Assembly: GCF_006345805.1 (NCBI RefSeq)
Contig: NC_043009.1
Location: 56,482,001-56,546,000 of the forward strand
Origin: Octopus sinensis
Taxonomy: Eukaryota
Direction of reading: 5' to 3'
DNA length: 64,000 nucleotides
Part shown: piece by piece, positions 42,493 through 57,390 of the stretch
How positions within the stretch are numbered: position 1 is the first letter of the stretch
Layout: every line of letters starts with the position of its first letter
Notes under the pieces: model-generated
The model's database searches: none
What the model saw: only the letters and a program-made list of their open reading frames with translations
Told to the model about the DNA's origin: nothing
Position numbers and translations under genes: made by a program

Positions 42493-45400
42493 ATGAAATA
42501 TTTATTTTTCAAAATTTGATGAAATTTAATATTTGATGTTAGGCAAAAGAAGAGCAGTAAGAGCCTAAAATTTATTAGGTGGGAAATTTTGTTGCAGATA
42601 TTTACCTAAATATTTATTTTCTTGTAACAATATTAATTTATGCACTATTTTAATTTAATTTTCAGTTTACTGGTTTTGAAAGTTTGGAAATTAAGTTTTG
42701 TTGTTGTTTTCATTCACCTTATTTAGTTTAAATTCTTTCAGTTTGAAGTTCTTTGTAAATGATTTACTTTGGTCCCCTTTTCCTTATCAAATAGATATAA
42801 AATTTCTTAGTCTACTTTTGAGTTGACCCTTCCGGTATTTCTTAGTAGTGTTTATAAGCATCTATTCTCTTCAACAAATTTTGAAGTTAGAATTTGATAA
42901 ATCACATAACTTTTAGTTGATGTCATTTGGGAATTTTAATTTAAGTTTTGATTTTTACTTTTCATTAATCTAACTGACTTTTTTTTCATACTAAAACAAT
43001 TATATTTTCTATTAGAAAGCTGGATTGTTCCTAACCCTCATTTTCAGAGTATGTTTAGATTTTTTTTTTCTGCAAAGCATGAGGTCATCTTTTGATAGAA
43101 AAGCATTTTATAATCAATCAGTTAATCAGCTAGTTGTTATTGTTGTCGTTAGCCATTTATTTATCTTGTATCTCATTTCCATTTTCATCACAACCTTGAC
43201 TACCTCTATGGGACATTTTATTTATTCACTGCTTCAATGTAATTTTTAACTCTTTGAAACTGAACAATTTTGGATACTTTATAATCAGCCTAAATTTTAT
43301 ATATATATATATAATATATATATATATCTTTATTAGTAAATGGAGTGAAAAAGATTTTTTTCATTTAATATATCTAATAATGAAATATAAATGGAGATGA
43401 TAATAATAATTATAACAATAACAATAATAATCTACCAGAAAAAAAAATGTTTCAGACTTAAGTCAAAGGTGACTCTGTATTGGCTGTTTGTATTAAATAA
43501 ATAGCAGTGTGATGCAGAGCTACTCTGATACAGAAGTTTTAATGGACTCTTCCTTCTGATATACTTCCAAAAAAATAAATAAAAGAAGAAAAAAACAAAC
43601 AAAAAAAGCAAAAAACAAGCAAACAAAAAAACACTGATATAATATGTCTCACTAAATATCAATTATATTTACACACCAAAAAGACAGTTAATTTTTTCCC
43701 CCCCTGTTTTTGATTATGAAACTATTTCTTCTAAAAAAAAAAAAAAAAATTGAAATTACAAGAAACTAAGAATAACAGTAGAAATTATTTTTTCTATCTG
43801 TTGATTTAGAAATGTTGGGACGAAAACATTGGAAAATATTTTATTGTTGTAAAATATTTTATAGAAATAAACATTCGAAATAATATAGTGAAAGTTTATT
43901 AACCAGTTTGAGTGAGAGAAAGAAATAAAAATCATTGGACAAATAAGATATGTCATTTTTGATAAACAGTTTCCCCTACATGAAACGGTGACATTTCCTC
44001 TTTAGTAATTAGATATCTTCACAAAAACTACAGGTTTAAAAATATATAAAGCTGTTTGTTGTTTGTTTCAGTAATATAAACTTTCTTTCCTTATTGCATT
44101 GTGATCATTTTCACATATTAAATGTATTATTATTATTATAATTTTCTCTTTCTTTCTTTCTCTCTCTCTCTCTCTGCTTCTCTATCACACAAATGATCTT
44201 TCTGACTGTTTTCAACAGATGCCTTCATCTCACCTATGTCTTCACTGATATTTGCATGTTTTGTTCCCTTCTTTGCTTCCCCCTTTTCAAAATTAAGGTG
44301 AACAGTTCCACTAAAAGTATTATTTCTTGTGTTATATATATATATATATATCACCCAGTGTGTCTTGCTGGAATTTTTTTTATTCTTCCCATAATGTCAT
44401 TCTTACATAAGAAGGTGGTCCAGTATTATTGGCTCTATTTTAGGTAGGTGACTGACTTCAAGATTTCAGGCTACTTAACAAGACAGCATATAAAGGAATG
44501 GTTGATAATTAATCTGAAACACAACCATGAACTTTATAATAAATTTGCTTATTAAAATTTGGTTTCTTTCAAAATACGAACTGGAATTTTTAGCTGTTGT
44601 TACAAACTGTTTTTATTCATTTTTTTTTGTTTTTTCTTTTTGTTGTAGTTAAGGAACATAGCATTTTCATAATATAATTTCCTATTTTGTTGGTTTTACA
44701 GCTAGGCTGTAAAATTCTTATTTGTTTTTATAAATCAGTTTAATACTTTTGAACAAGTGCTACGACCCTAAGAAATATTATTGCTATTCTAGTTTTCTTT
44801 GCCTATGTTTGTATGGAGACTATTATTAAACTTTCAGTTGTCTACTGTCCAACATTCTTTCAGAATATGTATCTCGTATAGCATCATCCTGACATCTTAT
44901 CACCACTATTTTATCTCTTTCAATCTCCACCCTAGCCATGTCCACCCTCTCTCTTATAATGTGAGTAGATGTGTAGCTCCTCTACAACAAGAAACTTGTT
45001 CTGTTCTGGCCCCTTCTATCACACTTTAACTTCTCATCCTATAGCATAAAGCCACCTCTCTCTGTACTGTAGCTCCACTCAGTCAAAAGTGATCTTAGTC
45101 TTGCAAATTGCGTGACTCACTAGTGCTGGGGTCACACCAAAAAAAAACAAAAAAAAACCCCAGTACATGCTATAAAGTGGTTGGTATTAAGGGAGTACCC
45201 AGTCATAGAAATCATGCCAAAGCAGACATCAGAGCTTTCACATTCTTCAAACCTATTGGATCTTGTCAAACTGTCCACTCCACACCAGTATAGAAGATGG
45301 ATGCTAAATGGTGATGATGGAAAAGATTTAAACTACTAACTTCATTTTAATTGGGGTTGAGTCTCATAGCTAATACATCTCTCCTAATTGTGTCCATGAT

Positions 45401-47651
45401 TGTCTTTGTTGGAGAGCGGTAGAAATTTGTTATCTCCACAGTGCTCTCATTTTGTCCTTACGTTTCACGTCATAATCCACATTGCTTCCTCTCTCTATAT
45501 TCTATATAAACAGTATTGAACAAATATTATCACAGTATAACTGGAATCTGATGCCTACCATACTGTACCTTCATCTTATGTTTGCATAAAGTATGAGTGT
45601 GTTATTTTGCACTTTTCATTCTTTTTAAGAGTTGTTGTCTGAATATAGCCCTCTCATGTTTTGATAAACTGATATATATCCATTGAATAGCCTGTATAAA
45701 ATCTTACATAACGTGAGATAGTTTTCTCTCAGCAATCCACATATATATATATATACATATATATAATCCATGCTCATCTTTGCATATTGTTTGTGCACAT
45801 GAAAGACGTTTTTTACTCTATCAGAAATACTACGTAGAACCTCATTTATTTATTCTATTTCATTAGTTTGAACTTTCTTTCACATTTTCCTGTATGTTTA
45901 TTTTAAATTTCAGCTGATGCCGGAAGATTATTGCTAGTAGCTAAATTATATATTTTAAATTTCATTATTTATAGTGGCTATCCCCATTGATTTGAATTCT
46001 GCTTTTCAAACAACACAACTCCTTTACTTTTTAATTTTTAAGACAATGGCTCCTTATGTAATTCCAACAGGTCTGTTCCTTAGCTGCAATCGAAACTACT
46101 TTCTGCACATGCTTTTCTATCATTATTCACTAATACCAATTTTTTGTTTGTTTGTTTTTTTCCTCAAGTCATTAGCACAATCAGCATTGGCAGCCAGTCC
46201 TTCCTTCCTTTCTTCCTTCCTTCGTCCCCACTGCCACAAAAAAATGTATCACTTTGGAACTTATTGTATGTTTGTGTATTTCCCTCAATACTTTAAAAAG
46301 AAAATGTTGATTACACTACAAAAGACTGTGGTTGGTTAACGTACTGTACTGAACTTACTGACCCAATCATTTTGAGTTGAATGCCTGCCACATTGCATTT
46401 TGCTTTTTCTTTCCTTTTTAACACCTTATTTAATTTTTACCAGCCTAGCTTATTAGCTAAATCTAGAACTATTTCATGTTGTTTTCATGGAAAGTTGATA
46501 TTAAATCAGTAATAAGAATATTGAACACAGCTTCTCTCATTCCATACATGATGGAAGGAAATCTTTCACAAAATTGGTTAAGACATATGGAGGGAAGCTC
46601 TCAGCAAACTTAATTCCAAATTGTATGACTACAGCTTTCACTAACTTGGAGTGTATTATTTTTATTTATGATTCTGTTAGGATTTTTTATTGTTTGACTG
46701 TAGACAGTTGAAACTGATTATTTTTATAGATGGGTGGTCGAGTTGTATTTGTGAAAGTAATGTTGCCTCTTATTGATATCTTGTCAGTTAACCCATCAGT
46801 GACATGGTTGCAGTTCCAATATTTAACCCTTTTGTTACCATATATCTCTTGAAATACACTACTTTTGTTTCAGTTCATTTTGGAAATGAAGGATTTACTA
46901 AAATGTATGTATTTGTACACTTTTAAGTGGTTGGTGTTAGGAAGTGCATCCAGCCATAGAAACCACAGCAAAGACGACATTTGAGCTCGATGCAGTCTGC
47001 TGGCATGTCACATCCTGTCAAACTGTCCAGCCCATGCAGCATGGAAAATGCATGTTAAATGATGATGATGATATCATGGGTTCAAATCTGATCACAAGTA
47101 TTTCATTGTGCTGTTCAGCATGGGACAGTCTCTCAGCCTATACCAACCAGTTCATGGTTTATTGGCATATATTTAAAAACAAGAAAATGAAAAAAAAATG
47201 TGACTAACATCCTTGTAGAAAAATAATTGTTACAGTTTTAATGAAATTAAAATTTAAATTGTTAGGATTGTAACTTATTGATAAGATTAATAGCACAGTT
47301 AAGTTATTGGACAAAATATTTTCTATTCATTCCAGTCCTTTGTGAGTTCTAAATTCCACCGAGGTCAACTTTGCCGTTCGTCCTTCTGGAGTTACAAGTA
47401 CAGAATTTGATTTAGCATGGCAGAGTGGAGCCTAAATGGTTGGACTTTGATAACAGGTGAAGTGCCACATCTGTTTGAAGTACATTGGTGTCACTCACAT
47501 AACTATTATCTGTTGTGTAACATACTATATTTGCTGTCAACATAACACACATGAACTTTCTGAAAGTGGGTCCATTAAAAGGAATAATACCAAAGAACAA
47601 GCAGAATCAGTAACATAGTTGAAAGAATTCTGGTTTGATGGAGCAAATTAA

Positions 47652-47846
47652 CCCTTTAGCATTTAGACTGGCTATATCAGTCCTAAATATTCTACCTGTT
47701 TTATGCTCAAACCACCTACCTTAGAATGTGATTCTAAAAATAAACCATTCTATCATGAAAATCTTGAAGCTACAAGATAAGGTATGATTAATTAAAAAAA
47801 TATAACTAAGCATTACATTTGACAGAGTAATCTGAATGATAAAGGG
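47652..47846 (-). mobile_element. TTAA-type MITE family 2
   Basis: TTAA|CCCTTTAGCATTTAGACTGG...CTGAATGATAAAGGG|TTGA. Confidence 0.75.
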
Positions 47847-48203
47847 TTGATGTGACTGCTAGAAATAAATATATTCATTCAGTATTCTATGAATGGTTCT
47901 TAGACATTTCTTGTTTTCTTTTTTTATTACCTTATACAATGCAATTATTTTGTACAACATGCCAAAAATAATTTAGAGGATGGTGATATATCTGCCTACA
48001 AAATAGGAAATGTTCACTTGCATTAACCTCTTGGAACTTATGATGTTAGAATATATCTAATTTAGATTATCTGTGATATATTATAAATTTACTTAATTAG
48101 AATACTTCTTTGTTTCTGTTTTTCTGACTGCACACCATTTTGCATAATACTAAGGCAGTTGTAGACTAGAGTAACATCATACTTAAGTAGTAATTGGTTG
48201 GTT

Positions 48204-48428
48204 ACCCTTTTATTACCATATTTTTGTTACAATACACTGCTTTTGTTTAAATTAGTTTTGAAAATAGTAAAGAATTTAGTAAAATAGTAACTTTTGTGAT
48301 TATTAAGCTTGTATTTTGAACATAAACTAACATGAAACCTTGATTTAAGTTTCAATTTATATAATTTGAAAATAAGTTTTTGTATCATAGAATGAGAGGT
48401 AGTCTTGAGTGGATTGGTATCAAAATGG
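48204..48428 (+). mobile_element. TTAA-type MITE family 1
   Basis: CCCTTTTATTACCATATTT...TTGGTATCAAAATGG|TTAA; the internal TTAA (TTATTAAGCTTG) is empty. Confidence 0.75.
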
Positions 48429-49114
48429 TTAAAATTATTCTGCAATCTTGAACAAATTATCTTTGGAAAATGTTGATGATAGAGTTTTTAACCATATCAA
48501 AGTACAAGTGTAATATTGGTTATTGAATTACAAAAAAGTTTTAGTGGTACAAAAATAATAAAACCTAGATATAGCGAGTCAAAGTTGGCCACATATTGTG
48601 GAATTAACGAAGTAGAATAGAAATGTGTTTGAATATAATTATACTAGGGAATAAAATAAAAACTAGATATCTTATGTGATGCTCCATAATAAAGAAAATA
48701 TTTGACAATATATGAATTAGATATATGCATACAATTATTTTAGTTTCTGTTTAATTGATTAATTAGTATGATTACAACAGTGTAATAAATATCAAACAGG
48801 CAATCCCAATGGAATGTTAAAATTTCAGATAAATCATTTTCTTTCAGTAATGTTTTTGATGTTGCTTATTTTCTTCTCCCAGTTGCCTCGGTAACCAAAC
48901 CTGAAATTGAAAAAAATGTGCTTTTATTGTATATTTGTTATATTTCTTATTATATCAATTACTGATAAATTAATATCAAGTTTGTGTTAAGGAATATTAA
49001 TCGTTAACATATACTGATAATCAAAAAACATTGATAATTTTTAAAAAAAAATGTTATTGAATGAAAATCTATTTGTTAAAGAACTTTCCAAATAAGATTT
49101 TTTTTCTTTTTGTG

Positions 49115-49370
49115 AAGGTGTGTGGCCTAGTGGTTAAGGTGTTCAACTCCTGATCATAAAGTTGAGTTCAATTCCTGGATTGGGTAGTGATTTGTGTCCT
49201 TGAACAGTGCACTTCATTTCATGTTGCTCCAACCAGGTACTGGTGCAGCTCTCCCTCCAGTTGTCATATTCAGGGTGTTTCACTGGATTGTGACAGGGAG
49301 ATAGTGTCTGTGCCTGCTCGCACAGGCACCTAAAACAATTAGTGAGAACATAGTACATATGACAAAGTCA
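49115..49370 (+). mobile_element. tRNA-derived SINE (second family; another copy near 24243)
   Basis: A box TGGCCTAGTGG, B box GAGTTCAATTCC, followed by TGTGTCCTTGAAC core-like sequence. Confidence 0.65.
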
Positions 49371-51557
49371 TACTAGTAAATGTTGATTGTACTTTAAAAA
49401 TTTTTTTATTACACTTAAACAAGGCTGAAAATGTTCAAAATGTTAGCTGGAAGACTCCATATGAGAGACAAATGTTTAAGGCAAGTAGATGCAAAGAAAT
49501 TATTCTCAATTAAAAAAATGAATGAGAGAAAACATTGAAAATGAGTCTCTGATTGGTATGAAAACAATGTTTTTCATATCTTGCAAGATCTATATTTTCA
49601 CAATATTCAATGTGCTGGAAATTAAAAAATTTTGAAGTTGGTTTTCCTTTTATTTGAAGAAAAATACATCTTACATATTCCTCTATGAATGAAATTGTTT
49701 TGTTTTATTTCTGTTTTAAAAATTGTCTTTGGGAAGGAAGTATTTAGACTAGAATGGATGTTTTAATATACAGATACATGTTCCGTAGGCATAACAACAC
49801 ATTGGTCAGAAAGACTAGAGTACATTCTAGTTGATACCTAAATATGGATGTTGGTTCATATACAAGTGAATCTTGAATATTTTTTGTGGGGGATGGCTTT
49901 AGTTTTTTTAAAAAAATTATATTCTTCATTTGGTTTTAATCATTTAGTGGACTAATTGGAATTCTTTAAGTTTATGGAACAACAATAGATGCATAGAGTG
50001 TTTGCAAATGATTTAACCCATATGACAGCTAAACCCCTCATTACTCTACACGATGCTCTCCAAATCTTCAAACAAATACTGCATAACAACTAATAATAAT
50101 AATGTTATTAGTATCTGAAAATTATTTGCTGTTTCTGAAAGCTCATTCAAAATTTGTTTGTGTCCATTAATTCTTTTATCTTTAACTTGTTCCAGTGATT
50201 GGACTATGGTTATACTAGGGCTCAACCCTGATAGGGTTTACTCAAACAAATTGACTGGTACTTATTCTATTTTTTTTTTTGCTAAGTTAACATTAACCAA
50301 AATTGATTGTTAAGGGGAGTAGGGAGAGACAAACCCCAAAACACACACACACACGTCTGTGTGTATATATATATATATATTATAAAATATAGTACGGGCT
50401 TCCACACATTCTGCCTATCAAATTCACCCACAAGGCATTGGTAATCCCAGGTTAGTAGAAGATGCTTTCCCAAGGTGTTGTAAATTTTCTTTTTGTGGCT
50501 TAACTCTAATCTACTTCACTGTTAATTCAAACATCTGGTATCAATTGTAATCATGAAAAGATTGGATTAAGATATTGATTCTTGTAAGATCTGTCTTAAC
50601 TTCCTCCCCTCTCTCATCTATGTTCTTACCAAACTCAAGTTAACATGGTTTATCTTCAGTTTGAATTTCTTAATGTAATGTTTAGTGACAGAAACATAGG
50701 TAGGGAGTTCTAGAAAGATACAGTTTTAGGTATGATGGATGAAGTAAATTGCATAGTACAGTCTTAGAGTGATGTTGATAGTAAAAAAATAAACACAATG
50801 TATTAAATGGATTTTGGAATAGAGTGGTATGTCCCCCTGAACTAATAAACACTAAAAAGGTGTATACATGACAGTGTGTTAGTTACTGTTGCACGATGAA
50901 TCAATTATTTGAATTAGTATTTTTGTCTTCAATACTGAATGTTGATGTCATATTACCAGAAATATGCAAGGAAAAGCTTTAATGTGTTGGACTTTTCAGA
51001 ACTGAAGTTTTCTATATGTCTTTAGGTTGTAAATGTGATTGGTTATGCTGAATAGTAATCAGAGGTTGTGATGCTTGAAATGTATACAGACTGAAAGTCT
51101 TAGCCAGCTAGTATTTATTAATAATGAAGCTGATATGTGAATTTTGTTGATATGCAAAGAAACCATGGTTACGACAGTTCAGTTGTATCCAGGAAGTTTT
51201 CCAAGTTATTTTTACATGCGTTATACATACTTGTAAGGTGTCAAGGACGAAATGGTTAAATGATTGAGTATCTACATGTTCTTATTGAAAACACTACTGC
51301 AGTGACATACATCATATAAATGTAATACACACGCTTATGGTAACACTTTTAAAGATCGATAGTATACTTCTCATCTTCATCTCTCATTTGACGACTAGTC
51401 GTCAATGGCTAATCATTTGTTGACTAGTCAAAGGTTCCCTTTCAGCTAATTTCAAACAACTGTATGTGAATGGCAGCATATAGATTTCATAATTACTGTT
51501 CATGATTTTATGGCAAGTTTCATTATATTCTGTCCAAGTGAATCAGCTTTTTCTTCT

Positions 51558-54452
51558 TAAGGTGGTGAGCCAGAAAAATCGTTAGCATAACGGGAAAAAT
51601 GCTTAGTAACAGTTTGTCTGTCTTTATGTTCTGAGTTCAAATTCCACCAAGGTTGACATTGCTTTTCATCCTTTCAGGGTTGGTAAAATATGTAGCAGTT
51701 GAGTGCTGAGGTCAATATAATCAACTTATTCCTTTCCCCCAAATTTGTGGTCTTGTGCCAAAATTTGAAACCATTATTATTATTAAGGTGGTGAGCTGGC
51801 AGAACCATTGCCATGCAAGCCAAAATGCTTAGCATCATTTCATTTGTCTTTGTGTTCTGAGTTCGAATTCCATTGAGGCTAACTTTGCCTGTCTTTGTTT
51901 CAGGGTTGATGAAATAAATACCAGTTGAACATTGGAGTCGATTTAATTAACTTCCCTCTCTCCTCAAAAACTATTGGCCCTGTGTCAAAATTTGAAACCA
52001 TTATTATTGTTATCATTTGGCTTGGCAGAAATATTAGAGTTTTAGACTTATACTTTGCAGTATCTGGATGAGGCCCTTTATATTCTGAGGTAAAGTCTTG
52101 CCTTACATACCTCCAAAGTTGATAATAAAATAAAAGCACCAGCCAAGTAATGAAGTTGTTAGTGACTAACCCCTACCCCACTATTTCAGGCCCTGTGCCT
52201 ATGTTAAAACCAGTTATTATTTAAAGTGGTGAGCTGACAGAATCGTTAGCACGCTGGGCAAAATGCTTAATGGCATTTTATCCACATTTATGTTCTGAGT
52301 TCAAATTCCACTGAGGTCAACTTTGCTTTTCATTCTTTGGGAGTCGATAAATTGCCAGTGAAACACTGGGGTTGATGTAATTCCACTTTCCATCCTTTCA
52401 TCCTAGTCAGTCCCCTCCCCCAACATTTCAGACTTTGTGCCTTTAGTAGAGAGGATTATTATTATTATTATTACAGTATTTCGCCCGTTGCTACATTCTG
52501 AGTTAAAATTCCACTGAGGTTGACTTTGCCTTTCATCCTTTTGGGGTTGATAAAATAAGTACCAGCTACATACTGGAGTCGATGTAATTGACTCATCTCT
52601 TTCCCCAAAATTGCTGCCCTTGTGGCAAAATTTGAAACCATTTTATTTCACTTGTCACTACATTCTGAGTTAAAATTCTGCCAAGGTCGACTTTGCCTTT
52701 CATCCTTTCGGGTCAATAAATTAAGTATCAGTGAAATACTGAGGTTGATGTAATCGACTAGTTCCCTTCCCCTAAATTGCAGGTCTTGTGCATATAGTAG
52801 AAAGGATTATTATTATTATTTAGGCAGTGAACTGGCAGAATTGTTAGCATGCTAAGCAAAATACTTAGTGGCATTTCGTCCATGTTGTCCATCTTTACAT
52901 TCTGGATTCAAATGCAGCCACAATCAACTTTGCTCTTCATCCTTCTGGGATCAATGAAATAGGTACCAGTTGAGCACTGGGGTCAATTTAATCGAAATTA
53001 CTGGCCTTGTGCCAAAATTTGAAATCATTATTAATAATAATAATAATAATGTGGTGAGCTGGCAGAATCATTTGCACACTGTAAAATAGCTAGTGGTATT
53101 TCACCTGTTGCTACATTCTCGGTTCAAATTCCACTGAGGTCGACTTTGCTTTTCATCCTTTTGGGGTCGTTAAAATAAAATACCAGTTGAACACTAAAAT
53201 TGCTGCCCTTGTAGCAAAATTTGAAATTATTATTATTATTTAGGCAGCCAGCTGGCAGAATCATTAGCATGTTGGTTAAAATACTTAGCAGTATTTTGTC
53301 TGTCTTTACTTTCTAAGTTCAAATCCCGTCAAGGCTGACTTTGCTTTCATCTTTCAGGGTTGATGTCATCTGCTATCCTCCTCCCCATAAATTTCCAGAC
53401 CTTGTGCCTATTGTAGAAAGAATTATTATTTGAAGGTGGCAAGCTGGCAGAACCATTAGCAATGCTGGACAAAAGCTTATTGGTATTTCATCTGTCTTTA
53501 CGTTCTGAGCTAAAATTCTGCTGAAGGTGACTTTGCCTCTTATCCTTTCAGTGTCAATAGAATAAGTCCTGGGATCAATATAACTGACTTCCCTCTGGCC
53601 CTGTGCCAAAATTCGAAAACTACTGGCCCTGTGCTAAAATTCTAAACTATTATTATTATAATTAGAGCAGTGGAAAAATGCTTTGCATTATTTGTTCTGG
53701 CTTTTTGCATACTGAGTTCAAATCCTGATGGGGCCAACTTTGCTTTACATTCTTTTGGGATTGATAAAATAAAGCACTAGTCAAGTACAAGGGTTGATGT
53801 TATCAACCCTAACCCTTCCTCTGAAAATTACTGGCCTTGTGCCAAAATTAGAAATAGTTATTATTAAGATGTTGGGCTGACAGAATCATTACTGTTTTGG
53901 ACAAAATATTTAGTGAGATTTCATCCAATTGCTTATGTTCTGAGTTCAAATTTCACCTAGGTTGACTTTTCTTATCATCCTTTTGGAGTTGATGAAATAA
54001 GTACCAGCTAAGCACTGGTTGAAACCATTATTAAGTTCAAATTCCGCTTTTCATCCTTTCAGGGACAATAAGATAAGTACTAATCAAGTAATAGGGTAAT
54101 GTAATAAACTTGCCTCCTCCCCCAAAACTTCAAGCCTTGTTTCTATAGTAGAAAGAGTATATTGTCTCAAAAAGAGGACTGTGTTATTTCAAGCCTCCCT
54201 AAATTAAAGAAATAACTATAATTATATGAGATTAAGGCAGCAAGTTGGCAGAATCATTAGCACACTGGCTAAATGTTTAATGGCATTTTATCCATCTTTA
54301 TATTGTGAGTTCAAATTCCGCTGAGGTCAACTTTACCTTTCATCCTTTTGAGGTCAATAAAATAACCAGCAATTTAACACTAAATTTGATATAATTGACT
54401 TATTCCTTCCCACAAACTTTCTGATCTTGTTACCAAATTTTGAAATCAATAA
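51558..54452 (+). repeat. Head-to-tail array of about 14 diverged tRNA-SINE units (about 125-240 bp) joined by (ATT)n
   Basis: Unit: TAAGGTGGTGAGCTGGCAGAATCGTTAGC (A box) ... GAGTTCAAATTCC (B box) ... GAGGTCGACTTTGCCTTTCATCCTTT..GGGTCGATAAAATAAGTACCAG ... CTTGTGCC-tail-(ATT)n. Starts near 51558, 51784, 52018, 52222, 52473, 52645, 52821, 53051, 53241, 53431, 53662, 53865, 54033, 54234. Confidence 0.9.
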
Positions 54453-57295
54453 TTACATGAGGTTAGTTGTTCAATTACATTGTTAGTGGTAAAGGAGAAA
54501 ACCAGAGTTGAAGTTTATTGTTCTAGTAATACTTTATAAAGTGTGGCACTGGGGCTGGAACATTAGGAACGACGAAAAGGAGGAGAATTTAGAAGGTTTA
54601 TTATACGTGTGTATACATACATATATAAGTGGAATAGCTACCAACATTATCTGTAAAAAGAAAAAAATAAGACAAGACACAGCTTAATGTTAAATAGGAT
54701 GTTTGAATGTTGTTAAGTGAAAGATAGTCTTATCAAGTGAACAATGCAATTTTTATGTGACCTAGAATGATTGAAATAGTAGTTCACCTGTTAAGGATTT
54801 GAGAGCTTCTGTTTAGAGTTAAAATATTTTGTAGCTATGAAAAAGTATCCCTGCCTTTGTTGTAGTCTTGTTACATCGTTTTGTGTGTGGTTAAGAGTAT
54901 CTGCTAAGTACAGCTGTGGCTATGTCGTTATGAGGATTTTTTTCATTTGAACAGCTAAATTAAACTGAATTTGTGATGTTAACCATTCCAGTTTTTTAAA
55001 TACTTTCTTTGCAGATGAATCTTTTATGCATAAGTTGGAAGGAAAATAGGGCATTGAGTCTGCAAAGATTTGTGTCATGTGGTCAGAGACATAACTATTA
55101 CCTTAAGTTCACATTTGTATAAAAAAAATAAATTTAAAACATATATTTAAAAAAACAGCATAATATATATACAAGAGGAATGACTTTTTTAACATTAACA
55201 AAAAAAACCATGTTTTTTATTTAATGTTTTGCATCACTCCCCAAATATTTCTTTTACACACAGGTATATCTTTTACCATTTTGTTAGAGACCATTTCTTA
55301 GGAATGTTAAATTCCTGATCTGTTAATGTGAGATGAAAATACACTAACCTATATTTTAATTTAATCACTTTAGTTGAATCTATTCTTTGATCATAGCAAA
55401 TTCTGTAACACTTTTTTCTTATTTGCCTTTTCCATGGAAGTTCTTTAGGAATGGAATGCTGACTTCCATAAAAGAATAATTGGACAGTTCTCATATTTTT
55501 AATATGGAAAAAAGAAAAATGTATGTAAGAAAGGAAGAAAATAATTATTAAATGCAGTAAAGTTTTGGAAGAAAAATATGTTCAGATATATGATTGCTAT
55601 AAGCTTTGCTTTGCAGGCAACTGATTTTGAATTTTACTCTTAGATTTTGGAAAACTGTAATTTCCAGTTGATAATTTTCCTGAGATAATAGTCTGATCTA
55701 AATTGGATCACTCCTGATTTAACTATGGAATAACTTCACAGACAATTAAAATAGTGGTTAATGCATAAAAGGTGGAGTTAAATAAAGACAGTTCTCTGCT
55801 TTATCAAAAAATATACCTCATTTTGTTAACCTTCATATGAAGGTTTTATCAAGAGCTTCCTTTGGAAATCAAAAAGGCTTTTTTTAAAAAAATTAAAACA
55901 TTATAAAAGATGTACCAAAAGTTACTATCTTTTTAATGAACTAATAATTTTTAACCAATCTGAAAACCATGACAAAAATTTGTCATAATTTTATGCCTAT
56001 GTAATGGGGTTTTGTATTATTTTCTCATTTTAAACATGTATAATGAATTTTGGATACCAGATTAGAAATATGTAAATTATTTTACATAAAAAAGCCAAAG
56101 CTTGTTAGCAACAACAAAACTTGAGCATGATCAACTCAGCTATTATATCATCATCATTATTTTAATAACTTCTTTTCCATGCTTGCATGAGCAAACCAGA
56201 TGAAAGTATGTTGGGGGCAGAGATTTCTAATGTCAGTCTGCACCTGTTTCCAACTGAGGTTATAATTTTGCAGTTTATCAAACAACAAACAGCCCAGACA
56301 TTCTTTACACAGAAAACCGGAAACAAACAACTCTGTGTGAATAACATTTTTGTTTACAAAGATAATGCAACATATTAAGAAACCTTGACATTCTTTTGCT
56401 GTGAACTGCATAACTTTTGTTTATTTACAACCAGTGAAGATGGGAAGTATGAACTCGCATACTAAGTTACACATACATATATGCATGGGCAAGTGTCTTC
56501 TATTTTGTATATAGCCATGGGTCAACTTAAACCTTATGATTGGGTATGGTGGAGAGAAACTGAAAGATGACCATCACTCATGAGTATGTGTATGTGTGTG
56601 TATATAAGTATACCCATGTGTGTGCTTGTGTCTCCTTGTTCTGACATTACGCGATAGTTGTAACTGAGTGTCTCTGTTATACATGTGATGACACTCATTT
56701 CCAGTCTTTAGAAACACGTCCAGATATGGAGAAATATTATCTTGTTTAGAAACAAGTGAGGGTCAGGAACAGGAAGGGCATCCAGCCATAGAAAATCTGC
56801 ATCAATAAACTTCATTTGACTCATGCTAGCATACAAAAGAGAACATTAAAACGATGATTATGATAATGAGGAACTTGATTTCTTTGAGTCTGGCATCTAA
56901 ATTCATTCTTAAATGATGAAATGAATATCTTAAACAGTTAAAATAAACACCCAACCTTTCAATGTATTGGCATAATATAATGACATTGTTTGTCATCTTT
57001 TTGACTGATTGATTGTTAAAATTATTAGATTATTAATTAAGACTTCAGTGGTTTTTAGCATATCCTATTAATAATCTTAAATGAAAAGAAACTTTCATGA
57101 ACACAACTTAGACTTTTAGAGTCCTCATTTATTCACGTGGACTCTAAGGATGAACACCATAAAATTGTATCCCCTATCCCCTTTAAAAAAATGTATTCCA
57201 AACCAAAGAAGGCTGTGACTGACAGAAAAAGGGAAGAGTTAAAATATACTTCAAAAAATATTTTACATACATACATATATATATATGTGCATATA

Positions 57296-57351
<56 letters not shown>

Positions 57352-57390
57352 GAGATGACAAAATAAATGATAATCTTATGAACTTTGTTA

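Noticed and set aside
49115-49190. tRNA genes at the A/B-box sequences
   Set aside because: No cloverleaf or acceptor stem; they continue into SINE bodies and occur as diverged dispersed copies.
51558-54452. CRISPR-like array
   Set aside because: Units are 125-240-bp diverged SINEs with Pol III boxes, there are no unique spacers and no cas genes, and the context is eukaryotic.
43000-57000. A second protein-coding gene or snoRNA host
   Set aside because: Isolated AG and GT sites exist, but no recognisable peptide, consistent exon chain or convincing C/D box pair was found.
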